The notes beneath the pieces were generated by a model that worked only from the letters and a program-made list of their open reading frames with translations, did not search any database and was not told where the DNA came from. From assembly GCA_965243025.1 (NCBI GenBank), contig CBDETY010000003.1, forward strand, positions 2,851,506 to 2,883,505: a DNA stretch of 32,000 nucleotides. The letters are read 5' to 3'. Of the stretch, positions 24,599 to 32,000 are shown one piece after another (position 1 is the stretch's first letter; every line of letters begins with the position of its first letter). The translations under genes and the position numbers were made by a program. This DNA comes from Candidatus Latescibacterota bacterium (GTDB lineage: Bacteria > Latescibacterota > UBA2968 > UBA8231).

Positions 24599-26599
24599 TC
24601 AATAGGCCAGGGAGACGACGCGGCTTGCCGCGAAGGTGGCGTCGTCGGTTTCGACCTCGAGTCGCAGCACGTAGATGCCGGGGGGCAGGAGCTTGCTGTT
24701 GCCGTCCATGCCGTCCCAGGAGACGGTATGGGGTCCGCTTGCACGTTGCGCCAACGGCAATTCGGCCCGGCGCCTCCCGGTCAGATCGAACACCTTCAGG
24801 CTTACGGGCACAGCCGCCGACAGGTTCACGAGATCGAAGCGGATGTGGAGAAGGTCGTTGACGCGGTCGCCGTTGGGGGTGAACAGCCCGGTGGAAACCT
24901 CGATCTCCTCGAGCACCCGCCCCCCCACCTCGGCCAGTTCGACGGTGAGGGAGTTGCTCTCGGCCAGAAAGTCGGCATCCCCCGGCTCCAGCAACTGAGG
25001 AACCTCCCACGGTCGGGTACTGTTGGAGACCCTGCCCTCGAACACCGTGCCGTAGTCGTAGATGCGGGCCTTGAAGACCACGGTCACGACCTCCCCGGTC
25101 CGGCGGGCGTCAATTCGCGGCAGGTCGACCTCGAACCCGGTCGAGTCGACCGTTGCCCGCCATTGCGAGAACTCCAGAGAAACTCCGTCGATGGCGACCG
25201 ATTCGACGCTGTCGACAGGCGTCGGTGTGGTGATCCGGATGCGGTCGAAGCCCAGGTCCCCCGTCCTGATCTCCGGCCGCAGGAAGAGGGTGAAAGGGGT
25301 CGACTCTCTGGCCTCGGCCTGTCGCGGTTCAATTTCGGCCACGGCGCGGGTCGCAGCCTGTGGTCGGGTCACCGGAAACTCGAGGTAGTCGAGGCGGCCG
25401 CCCGCATGGAAGTCCCCTCTGAACTGCACGTACCGGCGGGGGCGGCTGGTGCGGAATTCCGCCGCCTGGTCGACGAATCCCAGGGGCGCGCTCCAGTTCG
25501 ACCAGTTGTCGAGATCCGGGGCGGTGCCCCCCTGCGCACCCGGCTCCAATCCGAGATAGGCGGTCCGGTCCAGGGGATCACCCTCGGGGTTGTAGCGGCT
25601 CCGTTCGGCCCCCCGAAAGGTTTTGCGGAAGTAAATGTTGGGATCGGCGGTATCGCCGCTGCGCAACCGCAGATCCACCCTCGCTCCCGGGTGGAGCACT
25701 CCCGACCAGGCGATAGGGCCCAGAATCGCGAACTCCTCCAGATCGATCACGTTGGAGGTATAGTTCGAGCTCACGACGAACCCATCGGCGTAGACCTCGA
25801 ACTCCGCGATCCACCAGTTCCCGATCTCTGCGATGAAGATGATGTTCTGCACCGGTTCGCCCGAAAAATCGAACTCGAGCACCCCGCTCGTGTTGTCCAG
25901 GACCTCCCTGACGACATCGAAGTCCATGCTGAGGAACCCAACCCCATCCGCCTGCTTGTACCAGATTTCTCTCTCGCGAAATCCGATCCTCAACGGATCG
26001 CCGTCGTTGATTCCGAGGGTGTAGGTGGGAATGTACCTGTCCTCTTCGGTTCCCGGCGGGGGGTACAGGCGAACTGTGCGCAGGGGAAACACCCCCGGCA
26101 GGGTCAGCCAGATGTATTTACACCTTCCCTGGTAGGTATCATAGCCTTGAACGCGATCGGCATCGCCGCAATAGGGTGCGGCCTGGCCGCCGATATAGGT
26201 GCCGCCACTCTGGTAGAAGGTCTGAAAATCCCCATCCCACATGACCTCCATGCCGGGTTCGAACTGGAACCCGTTGTACGTCTCCCACGATTTGATGGTG
26301 CCGCCCCCGTCCATGACGGTGGGCACGAGGTTCATATCGCCGGCCACGAATTGGGGACGGATGGAATCGGGACGGATTTCGACGAGACGGGAGCTGCCGA
26401 AAGGCCGCGCGTTGAGCTGTTCCCACGAGAGCTGGACGAACCGCAAGGAGTCGGCCGGGGCGCCCAGGGCGTCGGGGTCCGGAGGGGGAATGCTCTCGCC
26501 GCCGATCCGGTAGATCGTCAGGCCCGAACTCTGGGACAGCCCCATCAGGCCCGCGGCCCAACAGCACAGAATCACCAGCCGAGTCGACAGAGATCTCAT
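24599..26599 (-). CDS. Large secreted protein (666 aa), paralogous in architecture to the downstream gene
   Basis: Signal peptide MRSLSTRLVILCCWAAGLMGLSQS, discoidin-like WIAEFEVYADGF, a shared WS.P...R.(Y/F)VQ.R motif, and the C-terminus FTPNGDRVNDLLHIRF...VFDLTGRRRAEL...HTVSWDGMDGNSKLLPPGIYVLRL. Confidence 0.7.
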   Translation of the reverse strand: MRSLSTRLVILCCWAAGLMGLSQSSGLTIYRIGGESIPPPDPDALGAPADSLRFVQLSWEQLNARPFGSSRLVEIRPDSIRPQFVAGDMNLVPTVMDGGGTIKSWETYNGFQFEPGMEVMWDGDFQTFYQSGGTYIGGQAAPYCGDADRVQGYDTYQGRCKYIWLTLPGVFPLRTVRLYPPPGTEEDRYIPTYTLGINDGDPLRIGFREREIWYKQADGVGFLSMDFDVVREVLDNTSGVLEFDFSGEPVQNIIFIAEIGNWWIAEFEVYADGFVVSSNYTSNVIDLEEFAILGPIAWSGVLHPGARVDLRLRSGDTADPNIYFRKTFRGAERSRYNPEGDPLDRTAYLGLEPGAQGGTAPDLDNWSNWSAPLGFVDQAAEFRTSRPRRYVQFRGDFHAGGRLDYLEFPVTRPQAATRAVAEIEPRQAEARESTPFTLFLRPEIRTGDLGFDRIRITTPTPVDSVESVAIDGVSLEFSQWRATVDSTGFEVDLPRIDARRTGEVVTVVFKARIYDYGTVFEGRVSNSTRPWEVPQLLEPGDADFLAESNSLTVELAEVGGRVLEEIEVSTGLFTPNGDRVNDLLHIRFDLVNLSAAVPVSLKVFDLTGRRRAELPLAQRASGPHTVSWDGMDGNSKLLPPGIYVLRLEVETDDATFAASRVVSLAY

Positions 26600-26696
26600 G
26601 GTTGCGAGCTCGAGAAAGCGCCGGATCGCCTTATTGCGATTCTCCAGTTTGGAATGAACCTATGAAAAACAAAGGTTCCTTCGAAAGACCCCCAGG

Positions 26697-28787
26697 TCAC
26701 CTGCTGACCACGAGGTTCCCGAACCCGTCGACCTCGGCCCGGAACTCCGGGTGAATCACGGTCGTGGAATCCTTCTCCTCCACCACGCACGGCCCCGCGA
26801 CCGCGCACCCGGCCCCGAGACCGTAGCGGTCGTACACCGGGCAGTCGGCGAACCCCCCGCATTCGGCGAAGTAGACCGGCCTGTTCTCCTTCCGGGCACC
26901 GGCCGGGTCGCTGCCGCCCCCCTGCCATTCCCGCAGCCTCGGCTTGGAGATCCTGCCGGTCGCCGTCAGACGGTGGGCGACGAACTCGACCGGCTCCTCC
27001 GGGGCGCTGAAGCCGTAGGCCCGGTCGTGCTCCCCGTGGAACTCCCCGAGCACGCCGGCGATCCCGGCTTCGTCGAGCTTCCCGTCCGGCAGCGGCAGGG
27101 TCAGCTCGTAGCTCTGGCCGACGTAGCGGATGTCGGCCTGGCGCAGGCAGCCGGAGTCCCCTGCGGGAATCCCCTCGCGCTCGAGCGCTTCCCGTCCCTG
27201 AGCCTCCAGGCCGGCGTACACTGCCTCGACGGCGTCCAGGTCGAGCCGGTCGGCGCGCTCGATCCGCGTCGTCGAGTAGTCCCGCTTGAGATCGGTGACC
27301 AGGAGCCCGGTGGCGGAAAAGGTGCCCGGGCTCGCCGGGATGACGGTTGCCGGTATCTCCATCTCGGCGGCCAGGCGGCAGGCGTGCACCGGGCCTGCCC
27401 CCCCGAAAGCGACGAGGGCGAACTCACGGGGGTCGTAGCCGCGCTGGATGGAGACCAGGCGCAGGGCGTTGACCATGGCGGCGTTGGCGATCTCGACGAT
27501 GCCGTGGGCGGCCTCGACCGGGTCCATTCCCAGGGGTTCGGCGCAGCCTCCGGCTATCGCCCGACTCGCCGCCTCGACGTCGAGGGGGATCTCCCCGCCG
27601 AGAAAGAACCCTGGGTTGAGGCGCCCCAGGAGCAGGTTGGCGTCGGTCAGGGTCGGCTCGCGGCCCCCCTGTCCGTAGCAGGCGGGACCGGGGTCGGCCC
27701 CGGCGCTGCGCGGCCCTACCCTGAGCCCTCCGCCGGCGTCCACCCAGGCGATGGAGCCCCCTCCCGCCCCGATCTCCACCAGGTCGATCACCGGTGTCCG
27801 TATCGGGTATCCCGACCCCCGCGAGGAGCCGGCGCCGCTGCGGGCGGCCGCCCCGACCTCGTAATCCTTGGTCACCGACGGGGCCCCGTTCTCGATCAGC
27901 CCGACCTTGGCGGTGGTCCCCCCCATATCGAAGGAGATGACGTTCCCCCGGCCGAGGGAGTTGCCGAGCCAGGCCGCCGCGGTCACTCCCGCCGCCGGCC
28001 CCGACTCCACCATGAACACCGGTCTCTCGCTGGCCGCCTCGAAGCTGAAAACCCCGCCGCTGCTCTGCATGACCAGCAGCTCCGCGGCCACCCCTGCGGC
28101 GCGCAGACGCCCCTCGATGCGCCCGAGGTACTCGGCGACGACCGGCCGGATGCAGGCGTTGATGACGGTGGTGCTGGCCCGGAAGTACTCGCGGAACTCC
28201 GGGGCGACCTCCGAGGACAGCGACACCATGGCCCCGGGGAAGCGCTCCCGCAGGATCTCCCCGGCGCGGCGCTCGTGGCCGGGGTTGGCGTAGGCGTGGA
28301 GGAAGCAGACGGCGATCGCCTCCACCCCTTCCCGGCGCAGCCGGTCGGCCGCCTCCCCGACCGCCTCTTCGTCCAGGGCCTCGAGGACCTCGCCCCCGGG
28401 ACCGAGGCGCTCCGGAACGCCGACGCAGAGGTAGCGCGGCACCAGGGGCCGGGGTTTCTCGAACCGCAGGTCGTAGAGGGAGGGCCGTATCTGGCGGGCG
28501 ATCTCCAGCATGTCGCGGAAGCCGGCGGTGGTGACGAACCCGGTGCGCGCCACCTTCCCCTCGATGATGGCGTTCGTCGCCACCGTGGTCGCGTGCATGA
28601 CGTAGGTGACGTCCCCGGGGTCGACCTCCTGTTCGGCCAGGATTCGGCGCGCGGCCTCGCTGAATCCCTCGGCCGGGTCTCCCGGGGTCGTGGGGACCTT
28701 GGCGGTGGACACCTCGCCGGTCGCCTCGTCGACGAGGTTGGCGTCGGTGAAGGTGCCGCCGATGTCTATTCCCAGTCTATGCGCCAC
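26697..28787 (-). CDS. Hydantoinase/oxoprolinase family protein, A-type subunit (HyuA-like)
   Basis: GTG start gives MAHRLGIDIGGTFTDANLVD, the classic N-terminus of hydantoinase A, 5-oxoprolinase and acetone carboxylase beta. 696 aa. The start overlaps the HyuB-like stop by 11 nt. Confidence 0.9.
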   Translation of the reverse strand: MAHRLGIDIGGTFTDANLVDEATGEVSTAKVPTTPGDPAEGFSEAARRILAEQEVDPGDVTYVMHATTVATNAIIEGKVARTGFVTTAGFRDMLEIARQIRPSLYDLRFEKPRPLVPRYLCVGVPERLGPGGEVLEALDEEAVGEAADRLRREGVEAIAVCFLHAYANPGHERRAGEILRERFPGAMVSLSSEVAPEFREYFRASTTVINACIRPVVAEYLGRIEGRLRAAGVAAELLVMQSSGGVFSFEAASERPVFMVESGPAAGVTAAAWLGNSLGRGNVISFDMGGTTAKVGLIENGAPSVTKDYEVGAAARSGAGSSRGSGYPIRTPVIDLVEIGAGGGSIAWVDAGGGLRVGPRSAGADPGPACYGQGGREPTLTDANLLLGRLNPGFFLGGEIPLDVEAASRAIAGGCAEPLGMDPVEAAHGIVEIANAAMVNALRLVSIQRGYDPREFALVAFGGAGPVHACRLAAEMEIPATVIPASPGTFSATGLLVTDLKRDYSTTRIERADRLDLDAVEAVYAGLEAQGREALEREGIPAGDSGCLRQADIRYVGQSYELTLPLPDGKLDEAGIAGVLGEFHGEHDRAYGFSAPEEPVEFVAHRLTATGRISKPRLREWQGGGSDPAGARKENRPVYFAECGGFADCPVYDRYGLGAGCAVAGPCVVEEKDSTTVIHPEFRAEVDGFGNLVVSR

Positions 28788-30555
28788 GGCCCCCCCCTGC
28801 CGCGGCAGCGGCGCGCAGCCTGGCTGTCTCCTCCTCGTCCACCCGCCAGGCCTCGGTGTCGACGGCCACCCGGTAGACCTCCCGGGCGCGCTCGAGACCG
28901 ACCTTGCCCTCGCGCACGTCGGCGAGCACCGCCAGCGGGTCGCGCTCGTGCGGCGGCCCGTACCCGCCGCCGCCGCAGGTGCGGTAGCTCATCACCTCCC
29001 CCGGGGAGAGGTCGAAGGTCACCTTCGAGCTCAGCTCCTCCGCCTCGCCGTCCGGGTCGAGCACGTAGCTCGCCCTGCGCCCCGGCTCGCCGCCGAACAG
29101 GCCGTGGGGCCCCCAGCGGTCGCGGTCGGCGAGGATGGTGAAGCGGACCTCGTGGCCGTAGAAGCGGTAGTCCCGCCGCAGACCCAGCCCTCCGCGCCAG
29201 GTGCCGGCCCCGTCGGAGTCCTCGACCAGCTCGTAGCGCACGACGTGCAGCGGGTAGTTCATCTCCGTCTCCTCGACCGGCGCGTTCTCCGTGTTCTGCC
29301 CGTGCGTCTGCACGGCGTCCGGGCCGTCGCGGCCAGCGCGGCCCCCGAAGCCGCCGGCCAGGGTCTCGAGGTAGCAGTAGTACTCGCCGCTGCGCGGGTC
29401 GGCGCCGCCGAAGCCGGCGTGGCACTGCATCGCCTTGGTTCCCGCCGGCATGCGCTCCGGAAGGGCCGGGGCCAGGGCCTTGAACATCACGTCGGTCAGC
29501 CGCGTCTGGGTCTCCCAGCCGCCGACCACGGCCGCGGGCGCCCTGCAGTTCACCACCGTGCCCTCCGGGGCGTTAATGCGCACCTGGCCGTAGAAGCCGG
29601 CGTTGACCGGCACGTCCTCGTCGATCAGGCACTTGAGGGCGAAGGCGCAGGCCGAGAAGGTCTGGGCCCAGGTCGAGTTCACCGGCGCCCGGCGCTGCGG
29701 ATCGCACCCCTCCAGGTCGAACAGCACCCCGTCCCCGTCGATGACGATGCGGGCGGCCAGGGCCACCGGCTCGCCCCCGAAGCCGTCGTTGTCGATGCAG
29801 CCTTCGGCGCGGAACTCACCCTTGGGCAGCCTGGCGAGGTCGGCGCGGGTGCGCCTTTCGGTGTAGGCGATCAGCTCGCCGGTGTAGAAGGACGCGGCCT
29901 CGGCCCCGACCCGGGCGACCAGGTCGTTGACGCGGCGGATCCCGGTGTTGTTGGCGGCGATCTGGGCGCGCAGGTCGCCGGCGGTCTCCCGCTTCGAGCG
30001 GATCTGCGCCAGCACCAGCCGGAACAGGTCGTCCTCGATCTCCCCGGCCCGCACCAGCCTGACCGCGGGGATGATCACCCCCTCCTGGAACACCTCCTGG
30101 AAGGCGCCGACGCTGGCCGGGGCGCCGCCGCCGACGTCGACGTGGTGGGCGATGTTGGCGGCGTACCCGAACAGCTCGCCGCCGCAGAAGACCGGGGAGA
30201 TCAGGGCGATGTCGTTGAGGTGGACGCCGCCGGCGTGGGCGTCGTTGGTCAGGATGGCGTCCCCGGGGCCGAGTTTCTCCGCCCCGTACCGCCGGACCGC
30301 CCTGGGCACCAGCTCGACCATCGACCCGAGGTGGGTGGGCTGGGCGAAGCACTGGGCAACCGCCCGCAGGTCCCGGTCGAACAGCACGCAGGAGAAGTCG
30401 GCGCGCGTCTTGATGTTGGTCGAGTACGCCGACCGCCTCAGGGCGACGGCCATCTCCTCGGTCGCCTCCACGAGGGCGTTGCGGATCACCTCGAAGGCGA
30501 TGGGGTCGACGCGGCGGTCGGGGGGACTGGGACCGGGGCGTTCTGCTGCCGACAT
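28777..30555 (-). CDS. Hydantoinase B/oxoprolinase family protein (HyuB-like)
   Basis: ATG 30555 is preceded by AGGAAGG 6 nt upstream. DPIAFEVIRNALVEATEEMAVALRRSAYSTNIKTRADFSCVLFD is the family N-terminal signature. The track's 30693 start adds 46 implausible residues. Confidence 0.9.
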   Translation of the reverse strand: MSAAERPGPSPPDRRVDPIAFEVIRNALVEATEEMAVALRRSAYSTNIKTRADFSCVLFDRDLRAVAQCFAQPTHLGSMVELVPRAVRRYGAEKLGPGDAILTNDAHAGGVHLNDIALISPVFCGGELFGYAANIAHHVDVGGGAPASVGAFQEVFQEGVIIPAVRLVRAGEIEDDLFRLVLAQIRSKRETAGDLRAQIAANNTGIRRVNDLVARVGAEAASFYTGELIAYTERRTRADLARLPKGEFRAEGCIDNDGFGGEPVALAARIVIDGDGVLFDLEGCDPQRRAPVNSTWAQTFSACAFALKCLIDEDVPVNAGFYGQVRINAPEGTVVNCRAPAAVVGGWETQTRLTDVMFKALAPALPERMPAGTKAMQCHAGFGGADPRSGEYYCYLETLAGGFGGRAGRDGPDAVQTHGQNTENAPVEETEMNYPLHVVRYELVEDSDGAGTWRGGLGLRRDYRFYGHEVRFTILADRDRWGPHGLFGGEPGRRASYVLDPDGEAEELSSKVTFDLSPGEVMSYRTCGGGGYGPPHERDPLAVLADVREGKVGLERAREVYRVAVDTEAWRVDEEETARLRAAAAAGGGRGA

Positions 30556-30569
30556 TATGGACCTTCCTG

Positions 30570-30685
30570 CTCGCGGTCTCCGCGAGAATGGGTGCGCTGC
30601 CTCAGGCTCCCGGCAACGTACTTTCTTCAGCCTCAAACGCCAACCGGCAATGGAGGAACCCTGCCCCTGGATTTCCCGCGCGGGA
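30570..30685. promoter_or_regulatory. Divergent control region containing a 7-bp hairpin abutting the hyuB-like SD and a perfect 12-bp palindrome
   Basis: ctcgcgg-tct-ccgcgag at 30570-30586 sits directly 5' (on the mRNA) of the SD at 30562-30568. tcccgcgcggga at 30674-30685 is a perfect palindrome between the divergent genes. Confidence 0.35.
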
Positions 30686-30872
30686 GACAGCACAGGATCC
30701 GCAATCGCTCGCCGGCGGCCGGCGGGTACGACGGAAGGCTCATGAACGACAAGACTGTTCTGAAGAAAGGAAGCGTGACCTTTCCCGAGGACCGCATCCG
30801 GATCAGCTGCCGGGCCCCCCGGCCGCTGTGTTTCCGGTTGGCAACGCCGGGTTTCCGGCAGGAGATGAAACC

Positions 30873-32000
30873 ATGACGGTTCCGAGGGTCGCCGTCGTCG
30901 GCATGGGGGGGTTCGCCGCCGACCACCGCTCCTGGGCGCGCGAGCTCGACGCGAAGGGAGCCATCCGTCAGGTGGCGCAGGTCGCCCCGGCCTTCGACCA
31001 CCGGCCCTTCGCCGCCGACATCGCCGCCCTGCGCGAGCGCGGCGTCGCCGTGTACGACAGCCTCAGGCAGATGATGGCCGAGCAGCGCCGGGAGATCGAC
31101 CTCGTCACCATCCCGACCGGCATCCACCTGCACCGGCCGATGACCGTGGCCTGCCTCGAGGCCGGCTGCCACGTCCTGGTCGAGAAGCCGGCCTCCGGCT
31201 CGATCCAGGATACCGACGCCATGATCCGCGCCGAGGAGCAGTCGGGGCCGCAGGTCACCGTCGGCTACCAGCACCTTTACCGGGAGGACGTCGCCCTGCT
31301 CAAGGAGTGGGTCTGCGCCGGCCGCTTCGGGGCGGTACGGCGGATCAAGGCGTTCGGGAGCTGGCCGCGCAGCCTCGAGTACTACGGCCGCAACGAGTGG
31401 GCCGGCCTCTACGGCCTCGGCGACCGCTGGGTCCTCGACGCCCCGCACCAGAACGCCATGGCCCACGCCGTCAACCTCATGTGCTACCTCGGCTGCCAGC
31501 GCCCCCGGCAGTCGCTGACCCCGGAGTCGATCCGGGCGGAGCTCTACCGCTGCAACGCCATCCTCAGCGCCGACTCCGTCTCCCTGCGCATGCGGTCCGC
31601 CGAAGGAACGGAGGTCTTCTTCGCCGCCAGCCACTGCACCGACGAGCAGCTCGACACCGTCTTCGTGCTGGAAGCGGAGAAAGCGACCCTCACCCTCGAG
31701 TACGAGGGGGGCGGCGGGATCGAGTGGTCCGGCGGCGGGCGGGAACCGCTGCCCGTCTCCGAAGCCGGGGTCACCGACGTGCTGGAGAAGGCGGCCGCCC
31801 TGGCCACCGGCGGGCTCGACCTGCCCCCCTGCCCGCTCGCCGTCGCCAGGGCCCAGACCCTGTGCACCTGCGGCAGCTACGAGTCCTCAGCCGTCCACGA
31901 GCTGCCCGGCCGGCAGATAGTCGGCGGCACCGTCGTCTTACCCGGGATGAAGGAGGCGGTGCTGCAGGCGTTCGAGGAAGCGGCGCTGTTCTCCGAGCTC
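30873..32000 (+). CDS. Gfo/Idh/MocA family oxidoreductase; 3' end lies outside the window
   Basis: It is absent from the ORF track because it has no stop in the window. AGGAG lies 8 nt before ATG 30873. Translation MTVPRVAVVGMGGFAADH...CHVLVEKPASGSIQDTDAMI...VTVGYQHLY shows the Rossmann and EKP motifs. The spot-checked stretches of the frame are free of stops; I did not verify all 376 codons to nt 32000. The 333-aa minus ORF at 30633-31634 is its shadow. Confidence 0.85.
   Translation, partial: MTVPRVAVVGMGGFAADHRSWARELDAKGAIRQVAQVAPAFDHRPFAADIAALRERGVAVYDSLRQMMAEQRREIDLVTIPTGIHLHRPMTVACLEAGCHVLVEKPASGSIQDTDAMIRAEEQSGPQVTVGYQHLYREDVALLKEWVCAGRFGAVRRIKAFGSWPRSLEYYGRNEWAGLYGLGDRWVLDAPHQNAMAHAVNLMCYLGCQRPRQSLTPESIRAELYRCNAILSADSVSLRMRSAEGTEVFFAASHCTDEQLDTVFVLEAEKATLTLEYEGGGGIEWSGGGREPLPVSEAGVTDVLEKAAALATGGLDLPPCPLAVARAQTLCTCGSYESSAVHELPGRQIVGGTVVLPGMKEAVLQAFEEAALFSEL

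Noticed and set aside
30839-30856. The sigma-54-like string ttggcaacgccgggtttcc upstream of the right-edge oxidoreductase gene
   Set aside because: The GG and GC elements are not at the required 12-nt spacing, and the -12 TTGC is absent.
23281-31634. Long plus- and minus-strand ORFs at 23281-24861, 24500-26665, 26751-29141, 28606-30876 and 30633-31634
   Set aside because: They are shadows of the secreted-protein, hydantoinase A/B and right-edge Gfo/Idh/MocA genes. Their composition is low-complexity and they carry no family motifs.

Overview
G+C-rich (roughly two thirds G+C by eye) bacterial chromosomal fragment with about 22 credible genes. Most long ORFs in the six-frame track are Arg/Pro/Gly-rich shadow ORFs lying opposite or out of frame to the real genes. 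I saw no rRNA, tRNA, CRISPR array, transposase or integrase. Layout from left to right: (1) The 3' end of a MacB/LolD-type ABC ATPase converges on a minus-strand pair. That pair is an apparently active, signal-less subtilase fused to a DUF1611-like domain, plus a small acyl-carrier protein whose start overlaps the fusion's stop. (2) A 3-kb irregular region holds a 396-aa protein with a BtrH-N-like signature and a protein with sigma-70 region 4 only. It is bracketed by three copies of a ~150-nt conserved hairpin-forming element: copy A inverted at 2755-2908, copies B and C direct at 5095-5248 and 5509-5662. Lower-GC non-coding DNA lies between them. (3) A class-III aminotransferase and a Gfo/Idh/MocA oxidoreductase form a pair on the minus strand. 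(4) A secreted CBM9-like protein. (5) A tightly packed five-gene plus-strand operon encodes an outer-membrane factor lipoprotein, a periplasmic adaptor, an RND permease, a GPP34/GOLPH3-like::cytochrome P450 fusion and a clear ERG6/SMT-type sterol C-24 methyltransferase. A Neverland/KshA/SdmA-type Rieske oxygenase converges on it. (6) A minus-strand array follows: hydantoinase B, hydantoinase A, two paralogous large secreted proteins, an enolase-superfamily enzyme, then the Rieske gene. (7) A second Gfo/Idh/MocA gene runs off the right edge and is absent from the ORF track because it has no stop in the window. The two most interesting loci are the bacterial sterol-tailoring genes wired to an RND pump, and the subtilase-DUF1611/ACP module with its repeated structured element. 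All family calls come from motif recognition by eye. No database search was run.
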